A stretch of 32,000 nucleotides of DNA from Proteus phage Stubb. Below the pieces are notes generated by a model, which had not been told where the DNA came from, made no database searches, and saw only the letters and a list, made by a program, of their open reading frames with translations. Location of the stretch: sequence record MH830339.1; one strand, given 5' to 3'. The position numbers were made by a program, and so were the translations under genes. Shown here piece after piece: positions 18,883 through 28,090 of the stretch. How positions within the stretch are numbered: the first letter of the stretch is position 1; each line of letters starts with the position of its first letter.

Positions 18883-19260
18883 TCATTTTGGAACAGTAGG
18901 TACATTTCCTACCCCTGTCTTTGATGAACTACGTTTTATTGCTTTCTTGATAGAATCTGCGGATGTTTTAACCGCTGCCCCATCAAGGATAGTTATTAGG
19001 TCTAGTATTTCTTCTTTTTCTACATTATCAGTTATACCGTATATCTCAAATAATACTGGCAGACCTGATAAATCCTTACCATTATACTGTGGCATCTGCC
19101 CAGGAACGTAAGTGTCTCTTAACCTATTAAATATCATAAATGCTAACTTGCATTCTGTGTCTAAAGATTCAAACTCTATTGGTCTTGAATCTTCTGGAGG
19201 AGGAGGTCTTCCACTATCTAAAAACATCTGCTTCATTTGCTCCCATGCCTCTACCGTCAT
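18883..19260 (-). CDS. Tail assembly chaperone, downstream reading frame (likely expressed as a frameshift fusion)
   Basis: Position before the tape measure gene; the frame is open upstream of ATG 19260 back to 19359 and overlaps the 3' end of the previous ORF; no convincing RBS at ATG 19260. Confidence 0.65.
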   Translation of the reverse strand: MTVEAWEQMKQMFLDSGRPPPPEDSRPIEFESLDTECKLAFMIFNRLRDTYVPGQMPQYNGKDLSGLPVLFEIYGITDNVEKEEILDLITILDGAAVKTSADSIKKAIKRSSSKTGVGNVPTVPK

Positions 19261-19330
19261 TTTACTACCGGAAGGGGCATGTACCTGTTTAGCGAATCTA
19301 GTAAAGAGCTCCTCTCTTGGTTCAATTATA

Positions 19331-19756
19331 TTAGATAGTACGAAAGTTACCGATATCTGTCATTGACCCCGTAACAAACTCCATAAATGCTGGGCATTCT
19401 TTTAGTAAATCAGCTGCGTTAGCTAAGGAGAAAGGTACTTCGGCGTCTAGGTCTTCTACACCAGAGCCTTCTAAGTCTACTAAGATTAAATCTGCTAGTT
19501 TCTTAACTGTTAAACCTTCCCAGCTAACCATTGCTTCCTCTGCAATAGCTTCACAGAACTTAGGAACATCACTTTCCCTACCTTGCGCCCTACCATTAAC
19601 CATGATGATCTTTTCAGAACGTTCCATGATTCTAGTAAGTACATGATTTGGAGTGTATCGTAAAGTTACTTCGAATCCAGCTACTCCTGGGTAGTTTAAT
19701 GTAACTTCATACTTTTTATCTGTTTTTGCCTTAATTGCACTGATTGAAATACTCAT
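19331..19756 (-). CDS. Tail assembly chaperone, upstream reading frame (141 aa)
   Basis: Position between tube protein and tape measure; overlaps the next open frame. Confidence 0.65.
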   Translation of the reverse strand: MSISISAIKAKTDKKYEVTLNYPGVAGFEVTLRYTPNHVLTRIMERSEKIIMVNGRAQGRESDVPKFCEAIAEEAMVSWEGLTVKKLADLILVDLEGSGVEDLDAEVPFSLANAADLLKECPAFMEFVTGSMTDIGNFRTI

Positions 19757-20661
19757 GTCTTATTTTCCTCTCTAAATTGAATAGATACTGGAGACCCAGA
19801 AAACGTTGGCATTATATCCAAAGCTATCTGATTAACCTCTCCTGTGGTTAGGCGTTTCACTATATGTGCTGACGGTATTACTATCTCCGTAGCTCCATTA
19901 CTTAATTCTACTCTAGCATTTGTTATTGGTTTAAAGTCATCATAGAACTCCGAGGAGTACCCTGCTTTAACCCCCCTTTTGTAGGTATTTAAAGTAGCTG
20001 AGTAGTTTGTTTCTTGAATATAAGCTCTAGAATTATGCGATATCTTTCCGATATCAAACACACTTCTTTGCTCTCTCCAGGAACACTGTTGTTGGAATGA
20101 CATTGTAGCACCAGTTACACCAACCATGCTTTGATAATTAATCCTAGCAAATGTTGGTAATACAGGCCTTACTTGTCCTTGAGTTTTACTATATACTAGA
20201 GGGACGTCTCTTACTTGCTCAATTAGACCAGCTTCAATACCTACGTGTAGTAGTGGAACTGACCTATCCATTATAAAATCTGCAACGGACACAAAGGCTC
20301 TAGTAATTCTGTAGTTTTCATTATTAGGGTAAGATATATATACTTCTATATAGATGGGTTCTACTGCGCTAGTCTCTGGAAGTATAAGTAAGTTGTGCTC
20401 TACTTCCTGCATTCCCATTAATAAAAAGAATACCTTTTCCAAGTTGTTATCAGTAAAGTTAGTTGTTAGGGAGAGAGTAACTGGCTCCATGCCAGTTACT
20501 ACTGCTTCTGAGTAGTTACTCTTCTTATGCAGGGTTCGTCTATTAGCTCTATACTCCCGTAGTTGCGTCTCTACAGTGAATGAAGCTATAGCATCAAACT
20601 CCATAGCAACTCCTTGATATACAACTATAACTCTACCTTGCCTTTCTAAAGAGTAACGCAT
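19753..20661 (-). CDS. Tail/baseplate tube protein, T5 p140-like (302 aa)
   Basis: Gene order immediately downstream of the pb6-like major tail protein; size consistent with T5 p140. Confidence 0.6.
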   Translation of the reverse strand: MRYSLERQGRVIVVYQGVAMEFDAIASFTVETQLREYRANRRTLHKKSNYSEAVVTGMEPVTLSLTTNFTDNNLEKVFFLLMGMQEVEHNLLILPETSAVEPIYIEVYISYPNNENYRITRAFVSVADFIMDRSVPLLHVGIEAGLIEQVRDVPLVYSKTQGQVRPVLPTFARINYQSMVGVTGATMSFQQQCSWREQRSVFDIGKISHNSRAYIQETNYSATLNTYKRGVKAGYSSEFYDDFKPITNARVELSNGATEIVIPSAHIVKRLTTGEVNQIALDIMPTFSGSPVSIQFREENKT

Positions 20662-20664
20662 CTA

Positions 20665-21804
20665 TTAACCCCCTACGCCAGGATCCGCTTTATGGGCATC
20701 TCCTTTCTCGATAAAGTCTTTAATGGTTTCTGTGTTGAACTTAGTACTAAAACCTAAGTACCCATCATCTCTAGCATCCAATTCTGTTGGTATAGCACGG
20801 AATTCGATAGTAGTACCTAAAACATCATCGGTCTCAATTGAAGGTGGGGTTATATGGGCATGTTTAGCAACTAAGATAGCACCATGTCTATCCGTAGCGT
20901 ACTCACCACCAAGAACTAATGCTAGTTCAAAGTCTGTTACCGACTGTAGTGATGCTAGCAGATCGTTATATAGGTCAACAGTACCTAGTGATTTATCATT
21001 CAGGTATGCTGTTACACTACCAGAGATTTCTAAAGTACCAGTAAATGAACCTATCGCATAGTTAACTCTTGACATTACTTCTGGAGTTAAATAGGTAATG
21101 TTGTTATTAATAGTGAATGATCCGCCAGTAATAGCAATATCGTACTCTTTCTTAGTCTTATTGTCTTTCAGCTTGAATGCTGTTAGCTTATTAACTAAAT
21201 AAGATTCCTGCAATGCTGCGTACTCTAGGTCTGTGATACCGATCTCTTTAGGATCAAAAGGCTGTGCATCAAGTAGTTTAATTAAACGACCTTGACCAGA
21301 CCAAGCGGTCATACCGATATTATCGATATCAACACTTACTTCTGCTTGACCTACCTGACAGTCTTTAATGTGATACCATACGTTGTCAACTAGGAAGTAT
21401 AGCTGTAACATTAATAATTCGTGGGCATTACTGTCTTTGAAGTCCACCATCATATTGGTTTCATTTGTGTGTACTCCATGCTCTCCAGCAAGATCAATCT
21501 CTTTATAGCTAGACAATGCATGCCACATAAAATAGTCTGGTACCATTACTTTACCAGTACTATCCACATAAGGTAAAATATATGTGGAGAAGTTCCAGTC
21601 AGCTGCGTTCAACGCATCTGTAAAACGTTGAGAACCACGAATAGGTCTTGGACCTGCTTCGTTTACTGTAATATCAGTATAGCTGGCTTCTTGGTTAAAC
21701 GCGAAATCGTCTTGTATTAGGACTTCTTTGGTGTTTTCCTTAGAGAATCCTTTATCTACAGTGGAAACGAATAGTCGCGTAGCTCTTTTTAATTGAATAG
21801 ACAT
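20665..21804 (-). CDS. Major tail protein, T5 pb6-like (379 aa)
   Basis: ATRLFVSTV...VLIQDDFAF...TDITVNEAGPRPIRGSQRF...AADWNFSTYILPY...VPDYFMWHALSS resembles remembered T5 pb6 sequence; RBS AAGGAG upstream. Confidence 0.9.
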   Translation of the reverse strand: MSIQLKRATRLFVSTVDKGFSKENTKEVLIQDDFAFNQEASYTDITVNEAGPRPIRGSQRFTDALNAADWNFSTYILPYVDSTGKVMVPDYFMWHALSSYKEIDLAGEHGVHTNETNMMVDFKDSNAHELLMLQLYFLVDNVWYHIKDCQVGQAEVSVDIDNIGMTAWSGQGRLIKLLDAQPFDPKEIGITDLEYAALQESYLVNKLTAFKLKDNKTKKEYDIAITGGSFTINNNITYLTPEVMSRVNYAIGSFTGTLEISGSVTAYLNDKSLGTVDLYNDLLASLQSVTDFELALVLGGEYATDRHGAILVAKHAHITPPSIETDDVLGTTIEFRAIPTELDARDDGYLGFSTKFNTETIKDFIEKGDAHKADPGVGG

Positions 21805-21820
21805 TTAACTGTTCTCCTTA

Positions 21821-22318
21821 TCACTCGTTAAAGACGCGTCTCATTGGTTGGTATTTAACTGTTAATGTTAGTTCCGCAAATCCAAAAGGTGCGAATAGTC
21901 CCTTATCCGTGGAAACACTACCAACCTTAACATCAGTCGTGTGCATAGGTATATTTTCTCCACTACTAGTAACATTATATCTTATCTTTGGATTCATGTC
22001 AAGAAGAGTTTTTATATCGGATATGAGACTTTCCTGCTCAATCAATCTATCCTCATCGTCTGCTTGACGTGTGTAGATTAATATGCTTACATCAAAGTAG
22101 CTCCATTGCTGGGCACTTGGTAAGTATTCAAAACTTTCGTCTCCAGGGTATATAACCACGTAAGGAAACTCTTTTATATCTTCGAACCTCTTAGGCAGGC
22201 TAGATACTAACCCGTCCAGATTGGTTGTAAATTCTGGATTAGTACCATCCAGAGTGTTAGCTAGAAGAGCTTTCATAGAATTAACGATTGCTATTCTGGC
22301 GGATGCTGATGCTATCAT
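21821..22318 (-). CDS. Tail terminator protein (T5 p142-like)
   Basis: 165 aa immediately upstream of the major tail protein; same position as the T5 tail terminator. Confidence 0.65.
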   Translation of the reverse strand: MIASASARIAIVNSMKALLANTLDGTNPEFTTNLDGLVSSLPKRFEDIKEFPYVVIYPGDESFEYLPSAQQWSYFDVSILIYTRQADDEDRLIEQESLISDIKTLLDMNPKIRYNVTSSGENIPMHTTDVKVGSVSTDKGLFAPFGFAELTLTVKYQPMRRVFNE

Positions 22319-23088
22319 GTACCCTCTCTTACGGTTACTTCATACTTGGAGTATAGAAGATCTCTAGCTGCTTTTGCTATAGCTTCACCTATTAACCTTT
22401 GTGGGTTTCTAGCACCACTAAAGGGTTTTAGGGATAGTTTATGATACGTGGATACTGCTGGGTCAAACACAGCATATGGTCTACGCATGTAGTTATAGCT
22501 TATATTAGCTTGAGGATTTACACTATCAACTCCTGATGTATTAATTACTCCAAGGGTTTTAATTTTTAGTGAGTTTGCAAATCTACCTGTTCTCCATTTA
22601 AGATGGGCGCTACCTTTTTGCATTTCCATAGCTAAATAGTGTTTGGCAAGTAGCTCTAAGGCGGAGCGCATATTTAAATTTGATGCAAATCTACCTGTAA
22701 TAGTTCTTACTGCTGCGTTATCTTGCGGAGCAGTATTCGCAGGATCCCCTAGGAATACCCTAACTGATCCCGTGGTTCTTTTCTTACCTACACTCTTTAA
22801 TGCTTTATCTGACCCTAGTATCTTGGCAAATAGTGCAGATATATTATCCATATCTGATTGAACATCATAGGACTTCATTAACGCACTTAACATAGCAGGA
22901 GATTTTGAGTTCAACATATCTAGTGATATAGGTTTGCTGAACTCAAAAGTAGCTTTTGCTGTTGTTGCATCCCTAGCCTTATCTTGTAGACCTACATCTA
23001 CAGTATAGGTTATTTTATCCTGCTTATTACCTGGCCCCTGACCAAACGACGCCTCGATTACTTGCTTAGCTATATCACTGAAAGACAT
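22315..23088 (-). CDS. Neck/minor tail protein (T5 p143 positional equivalent)
   Basis: 257 aa, between head-completion and tail-terminator candidates. Confidence 0.5.
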   Translation of the reverse strand: MSFSDIAKQVIEASFGQGPGNKQDKITYTVDVGLQDKARDATTAKATFEFSKPISLDMLNSKSPAMLSALMKSYDVQSDMDNISALFAKILGSDKALKSVGKKRTTGSVRVFLGDPANTAPQDNAAVRTITGRFASNLNMRSALELLAKHYLAMEMQKGSAHLKWRTGRFANSLKIKTLGVINTSGVDSVNPQANISYNYMRRPYAVFDPAVSTYHKLSLKPFSGARNPQRLIGEAIAKAARDLLYSKYEVTVREGT

Positions 23089-23588
23089 TATAATATCCTT
23101 TCTAGATCCAGTAACGTTCTAATATGTTTAGGCAGTCCTGTTGATTGTATTGTAAAGGATACGGATTCACTTCCTATTGACTTAGCAGTCCTGTAGTCCT
23201 TACTAACCCAATAATCAACTAACAGCGCTACTGCGTATTTTATATTGGCGGAATACTCTTCACCCTTAGCCGTATACTTAACTATGTAGTTACCGGTAGG
23301 GGGCACTATAGTAAAGATAATCTTACCATTGCCCACATATACAGCATTGCCTTTTAGTTCAAAAGTAGACCCTACTTTAGTTATAGAGGTTATTTCTACA
23401 TCCGTTACCTCATCTATAAAGTATGTATCTCTTCCTTCACGTATACTTAGCAGGGCGCTTCCAGTACCACTACGATTTAGTGTCTTTGCGATAGTATCAT
23501 TAGCCGCAACAAGTGCTGCCCTTACGTGAGCTTCTAGAGGCTTCTTAAGCTCCATAAATTCTTTGTACTCTTCTTCTGATAATATCAT
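23088..23588 (-). CDS. Head completion protein (T5 p144-like)
   Basis: 166 aa, first gene after the major capsid protein terminator; same position as in T5. Confidence 0.55.
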   Translation of the reverse strand: MILSEEEYKEFMELKKPLEAHVRAALVAANDTIAKTLNRSGTGSALLSIREGRDTYFIDEVTDVEITSITKVGSTFELKGNAVYVGNGKIIFTIVPPTGNYIVKYTAKGEEYSANIKYAVALLVDYWVSKDYRTAKSIGSESVSFTIQSTGLPKHIRTLLDLERIL

Positions 23589-23599
23589 TTATTTTACCC

Positions 23600-23629
23600 A
23601 ATAAAAAAGGAGAGCCGAAGCTCTCCTTT
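23600..23629 (-). terminator. Intrinsic terminator AAAGGAGAGC-TTCG-GCTCTCCTTT-TTTATT after the major capsid gene
   Basis: 10-bp perfect stem closed by a UUCG tetraloop on the minus strand with a T-run. Confidence 0.93.
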
Positions 23630-23636
23630 CTCGGCA

Positions 23637-25061
23637 TTAAGCCTTATACGCTGCTGCAACGATGTTGTCACCCTTGAAGAAACGTTGTAAGTTCAGACGT
23701 TGTGTAACGTAGATGTTGTAGCGTTGTGATTCTGCTACGCGCTCTTCTTCGATAGTTACTGAACGCTGACGAGGAACTACGAAGTCATCACGATAAGCGA
23801 TGAATGCGTAAGCTGCGCCTGCTTCCTTATTAGGGAAGAATTCAGAAACTACAACCGGCATACCGTATACACGACCGACTTGACCAGTTAACTTAACCGC
23901 GTTAGCTGCTTCCACTTGACTTACGTCTTGGAATTCTTCATCTTCTAACAGATCGTAGTACGCATCCATAGAGACTACTAGAACTAACTTATTAAGTTTA
24001 ATACCTTTACGTCCTAAAGTACGACGTAATTTGTGTAGCATCTTGGCTGTAACTTGTACAGTACCATCAGCAGATGCGTCGGTATTAATTACATGACTAT
24101 CAGCCTTAGCCATTGTTAACAGACCTTCTGGCATGTTAGTACCTGAACCTGTCATAAATGTTTGTTCGATAGTATAAGCATGAGCTTCAACTAAACGACG
24201 GCGGATGATAGGAAGAACAACGATGATAGCATCTTCAGTTGTTTCATCAGTTACGAATGCTTTAGCAGATAACTTGTAAGTACGGAAGTTGATTTCTGTT
24301 AATTCAGTCTTCGCCCACTCACCAGTAGTTTCTGGTTTACCATAAGTATTAGCATCAACCCACTTAGCTTGCGCTGGGCCACTTTCGATTGGCATTGTTA
24401 AGTTAGCTTGAGTCATTGGAAGCTCTGTAAACAGGCTTGCAACTACTAACTCTTTTTGGATATCACGCAGAATGCTAGTATTAAACAGCGTTTCGTATGC
24501 TTCTGAGGAAACTACTAATGAGCTTGATTCGTTAACACCAGTACCACTAACAACAATATCTTTATACTTCTCTAAGTGAGCCTTACCATGTTCGGTCTCG
24601 AATACGCCTTTCTTAACGATACGAGATAACAGTACTAAGTCTTCTGCTTCTTTTTCGAAGTCTTTTTGTGTGCCCATCAATGCTTTTGTGACTGGGTTTA
24701 CATCTACAGTGCCACGACCAGAACGAAGTGCGTTAAGCTGTTTAACTTGCTCTTTAAGAGCCACTACTTCTTCTTGTCTTTCTTCTAGAGTTTTAGAGAA
24801 CTCTTCTGCTGACTTAGTAGAGGTTTCTTGTAAAGTTTTTACTAGCTCCAGTGCTTGAAGTAGTTGAGCTTTCTGCTCACCAACTTGGCTATCAACTAAA
24901 GATTTGACTTTAGCCTGGAATGCTTCTTCTTCTTGAGCTTTGCGAGCTTTTTCTGCTTCCAGAGCCTTCTCTTTATTGATGTCATCTAAGGACTTCTTGA
25001 TTTCATCTAGACCCAATGACTTAATTAGTTCATCAATAGGATTTTGAGTTTTGTCACCCAT
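23637..25061 (-). CDS. Major capsid protein, HK97-fold, T5 pb8-like with N-terminal scaffolding (delta) domain
   Basis: Helical, charged N-terminal ~160 residues followed by an HK97-type region (ELPMTQANLTMPIESGPAQAKWVDANTYGKP...); lies downstream of the protease gene. Confidence 0.92.
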   Translation of the reverse strand: MGDKTQNPIDELIKSLGLDEIKKSLDDINKEKALEAEKARKAQEEEAFQAKVKSLVDSQVGEQKAQLLQALELVKTLQETSTKSAEEFSKTLEERQEEVVALKEQVKQLNALRSGRGTVDVNPVTKALMGTQKDFEKEAEDLVLLSRIVKKGVFETEHGKAHLEKYKDIVVSGTGVNESSSLVVSSEAYETLFNTSILRDIQKELVVASLFTELPMTQANLTMPIESGPAQAKWVDANTYGKPETTGEWAKTELTEINFRTYKLSAKAFVTDETTEDAIIVVLPIIRRRLVEAHAYTIEQTFMTGSGTNMPEGLLTMAKADSHVINTDASADGTVQVTAKMLHKLRRTLGRKGIKLNKLVLVVSMDAYYDLLEDEEFQDVSQVEAANAVKLTGQVGRVYGMPVVVSEFFPNKEAGAAYAFIAYRDDFVVPRQRSVTIEEERVAESQRYNIYVTQRLNLQRFFKGDNIVAAAYKA

Positions 25062-25073
25062 CTTTTAATTTCC

Positions 25074-25679
25074 TTATCTTCTACCTGTTAGTAGGTATGT
25101 TGCCAACTCTTCGGCGGTTTTAAAGTTACTGAGATTACCTGGCTCTGGTAATGCTGCTTTTGTTTTGAACTGTTCTTTAAACTGTTCAAAGTCCTTGCCA
25201 GTCATTGCTTTGGATACTTCGAATGTTGAGTCCTGATTACACGGAACAGATACTACTGATATCTCCCATAATTCGATCTCTGTTAATATAAAGATGTCAT
25301 GGTCGTAATCATACTCAGCATCATAAACCCCAAAGCCTATACTGAATGTCTTTAATATCCCTGCTTCAATTGCTGCGAATAACTGCTCACCACAAGCCTT
25401 TCTGTGGATCTCTGCTGTTATCTGCAATCCTGCAGGTGTAGGCGTTAGCTCTACTGCCTTGCCAATAGGCTTAGAATGGTCATGTCCGAATAGTATAATA
25501 GGGTTTTTCATATAGTTACCTAGTGCTTTTGGCATTTCCCATGCACTTGCTGGAACTATATCACTAGCTCTATCTTTAGATACAGTGCTAGCATACCCTG
25601 TTATAGTGATTGTGTCACCGGAATCAGACAAGACAGACTTAGTAATACTGGCAAGAACTCTGGCTTGTGTTCTTTCCAT
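25074..25679 (-). CDS. HK97-family prohead protease
   Basis: GYASTVSKDRASDIVPASAWEMPKALGNYMKNPIILFGHDHSKPIG, FSIGFGVYDAEYD, ITEIELWEISVVSVPCNQDS are characteristic caudoviral prohead protease motifs. Confidence 0.92.
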   Translation of the reverse strand: MERTQARVLASITKSVLSDSGDTITITGYASTVSKDRASDIVPASAWEMPKALGNYMKNPIILFGHDHSKPIGKAVELTPTPAGLQITAEIHRKACGEQLFAAIEAGILKTFSIGFGVYDAEYDYDHDIFILTEIELWEISVVSVPCNQDSTFEVSKAMTGKDFEQFKEQFKTKAALPEPGNLSNFKTAEELATYLLTGRR

Positions 25680-26170
25680 TATTCTGTTTCCTCTGGTAGC
25701 GGTTTAGCTTCAACAGTAACAACTTTAGTTACTTTATCTGCATTGCTAGCTGTTGCTTCTATAGTAATAGTTGGAAGTTCTGCAACTACTTTATATTTAT
25801 TATTCACAACCCCATTAACTTTAACTACAGTATTATTAGCTGCCCCACCCTCTGCACGTACATCAAAAGAGTACTCCTCACCCTCCACCACAGTATCATT
25901 ACCTATAATTTTTAAGGTAACTTTAGTAGGCTCTGGTTCTGGTTCAGGTTCAGGATCAACTGGAGCATCTGTATTTAATAGTGCCATTAATGTTTTATAG
26001 CACTTTCTATTACCTACAGCTGTAGTTACATCAAGTACGCGCCTAAGCTCTTGATATGACTTAATTGGGTTTGCTTCTGTAGCAAAGAATAGGCTAGAAC
26101 TATCTGGGAGTCCTTTTGGGAACGCCTCCTTTAGTTTAGCTACAATATCTTTGTCAAGTTCCTTAGACAT
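25679..26170 (-). CDS. Capsid decoration protein, T5 pb10-like (helical capsid-binding domain, DPEPEPEPEP linker, Ig-like domain)
   Basis: Start at ATG 26170 (MSKELDK...) preceded by RBS GAGGAGGAG gives 163 aa, close to the size of T5 pb10; the track ORF to 26269 is over-extended into the portal gene. Confidence 0.8.
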   Translation of the reverse strand: MSKELDKDIVAKLKEAFPKGLPDSSSLFFATEANPIKSYQELRRVLDVTTAVGNRKCYKTLMALLNTDAPVDPEPEPEPEPTKVTLKIIGNDTVVEGEEYSFDVRAEGGAANNTVVKVNGVVNNKYKVVAELPTITIEATASNADKVTKVVTVEAKPLPEETE

Positions 26171-27434
26171 TAGATTTCTCCTCCTCATTATCGTCCGTCT
26201 GACCTGCTGGTCGTCCACCCTCTTGACCGGATACTCCTGTAGCCGAGCCAGCGATATTTGCAGGTACACGTATGTTTTTCATTTGTTCATCATCAAGTTC
26301 TTCCATACCTAACTCAACTCTAGCTTCATTACCAGTAATGATACCATTGTTAACTAGAGAAGTTATTCTCTTAGCCTCATTATCCATGTCGAGTTTTAAC
26401 GCCTTGACACCCTCTAATGAAGGGGTTATATTATATCCAAAGAAAAACGAAAGGGCGCTTGCTACTTTTGTCAACATTGGTATAATAGTCATATAGTATA
26501 GAAGTTCTATATTAGGACGAATATTTGCATTATTACCACCATCAATTAAGATGTATGGCACACCTAACGCTATACATACGTCTTTTTCTTGACGGGCAAT
26601 ATCAGCACCAAAGTCTAGATCTTTAAAGGAAGAGATTTGCGAGTATGGCTTAGCTTTCATACCGGCGTCCAGAATTAATACTGAAGCGTTACCAGTCTGA
26701 GGGTTATAGTTTAATTGCAATTCTTCTTCTTTTCTTTCACGTTGCTTCTTGTTAAGGATATCTTCCGTCTCCAATATAAGACCAATAACAGTACCATTAT
26801 TTAGATACTTCTCCTTAAATCCCAGCATTTGTTCTCTTTTAGATAGAGAATCTAGAGCTGACTGAGCACGACTTTGTCCACTAATCTGAGAGGTATAACC
26901 ATTAAAAATAGCATTATCTTTAATGAATATAATCTGATCTACAGGTATCTTAACTGTACCACTTAGCACGAAATGGTCTACATATTCAGTTTCAGAGGCA
27001 ACCACAGTCATAAGAGCTGCGGGAAGAGGGTACAACGACTTTGACTCAGGATCAAAACGAATGTATGCACATCCATTAAATATAAGATCTGTAATCACTA
27101 GACGTCTGAAAGTATCTACATCCATGTAAGGGTTCGGTCTTACATTAAGTAGTTTTGACAAAGATTCCATTTGCATGCCAGAACCATAGCTTATATAATT
27201 ATTTCTGGTAGCAAACTTCTCAACTTCGTATTTACACTGAGCTGCACTATCTATAAGCATGTTCGCTACTCTATTCATAATAGGAACATTCCTATATGCT
27301 TTGGTAGCTGTCACAGCATTAGTAAGTGTCTTTGAACTATTTCCCTCTATGCTTCTGATTATACGTTGACCGGGGGCATTGGATTTCCTTCTTAGTGAGG
27401 AAATTCCCGCCTTTACGTCTGTCAATATTCCCAT
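26163..27434 (-). CDS. Portal protein (T5 pb7-like, HK97-type)
   Basis: 423 aa; LLNVRPNPYMDVDTFRRLVITDLIFNGCAYIRF, QSRAQSALDSL, PYILIDGG; upstream of decoration protein and protease. Confidence 0.9.
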   Translation of the reverse strand: MGILTDVKAGISSLRRKSNAPGQRIIRSIEGNSSKTLTNAVTATKAYRNVPIMNRVANMLIDSAAQCKYEVEKFATRNNYISYGSGMQMESLSKLLNVRPNPYMDVDTFRRLVITDLIFNGCAYIRFDPESKSLYPLPAALMTVVASETEYVDHFVLSGTVKIPVDQIIFIKDNAIFNGYTSQISGQSRAQSALDSLSKREQMLGFKEKYLNNGTVIGLILETEDILNKKQRERKEEELQLNYNPQTGNASVLILDAGMKAKPYSQISSFKDLDFGADIARQEKDVCIALGVPYILIDGGNNANIRPNIELLYYMTIIPMLTKVASALSFFFGYNITPSLEGVKALKLDMDNEAKRITSLVNNGIITGNEARVELGMEELDDEQMKNIRVPANIAGSATGVSGQEGGRPAGQTDDNEEEKSNV

Positions 27435-27970
27435 TATATCAGAAACCTCGTTCTTGTCTCAACCCTAAAATCGAGAAAGCTTTTTTGTTTAGTTGTTTCA
27501 GTTCCAAAGCGGTTCGAAGACTCTGTAACTGTTGCGCCACTGGGTTCGATGCAGTGACTATTTGTTGGGGGAAGCTCTTTGTCTTCTCCTCCGTTTATAT
27601 ACTTGGTTCGTTGGATTTCCACCCAGTTCTTTTGTTTTTCTACTGTGAACAGTGGTGGTTTTTTAGTGTAGACCTTATGTAGTTTTTGGTGATGGTCTGC
27701 ACAAAGGGTAACAGTGTCCTCTACTAGCTCATGCCAATATTGTTCATAGAATGCCGTCCTATTAGCTAGGACTACTTCTTCATTATTGAAATCTAGTTGA
27801 TTTGCTCTGGCAAAGTTTTCTACTAGTATGGACACTGTATGGTAATGATGAAGTTCTAAGTCTTCTACAGTACCACAGATCTTACATTCGGAAGCTTTTC
27901 GATAATTGGACTTTATACCGTCTCTTATTGCTCTAGTTGCGTCCCGCTTGTATTTATTATTTGTTGCCAT
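27434..27970 (-). CDS. HNH nuclease-like protein
   Basis: CKICG...LELHHYH...LCADHHQKLH HNH/zinc motif; directly upstream of portal. Confidence 0.82.
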   Translation of the reverse strand: MATNNKYKRDATRAIRDGIKSNYRKASECKICGTVEDLELHHYHTVSILVENFARANQLDFNNEEVVLANRTAFYEQYWHELVEDTVTLCADHHQKLHKVYTKKPPLFTVEKQKNWVEIQRTKYINGGEDKELPPTNSHCIEPSGATVTESSNRFGTETTKQKSFLDFRVETRTRFLI

Positions 27971-27997
27971 GAGTTGTTTTCCTCACTTGATATAAAT

Positions 27998-28026
27998 ATT
28001 ATACATCATCTTGAAAAAAATGTAAA
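27998..28026 (-). promoter_or_regulatory. Sigma70-like promoter TTTACA-N17-TATAAT upstream of the HNH-portal-capsid operon
   Basis: Minus strand: TTTACA (28026-28021), 17-bp spacer, TATAAT (28003-27998), 27 bp before ATG 27970. Confidence 0.8.
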
Positions 28027-28061
28027 GCAGAGTTTATATTTCGAGGATATGAAACTCTGCT
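28026..28061 (-). terminator. Intrinsic terminator AGCAGAGTTT...AAACTCTGCT followed by TTACATTTTTTT
   Basis: 10-bp perfect arms (28052-28061 / 28026-28035) with inner ATAT/ATAT pairing; T7 run close downstream on the minus strand. Confidence 0.8.
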
Positions 28062-28090
28062 AAACGCCTTAAATGTACGTAAAAATAGTT

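Noticed and set aside
25665-26000. + strand 111-aa ORF rich in Ser/Thr/Gly
   Set aside because: Its SGSGSGSGSTG tract is simply the reverse strand of the EPEPEPEP linker in the decoration protein.
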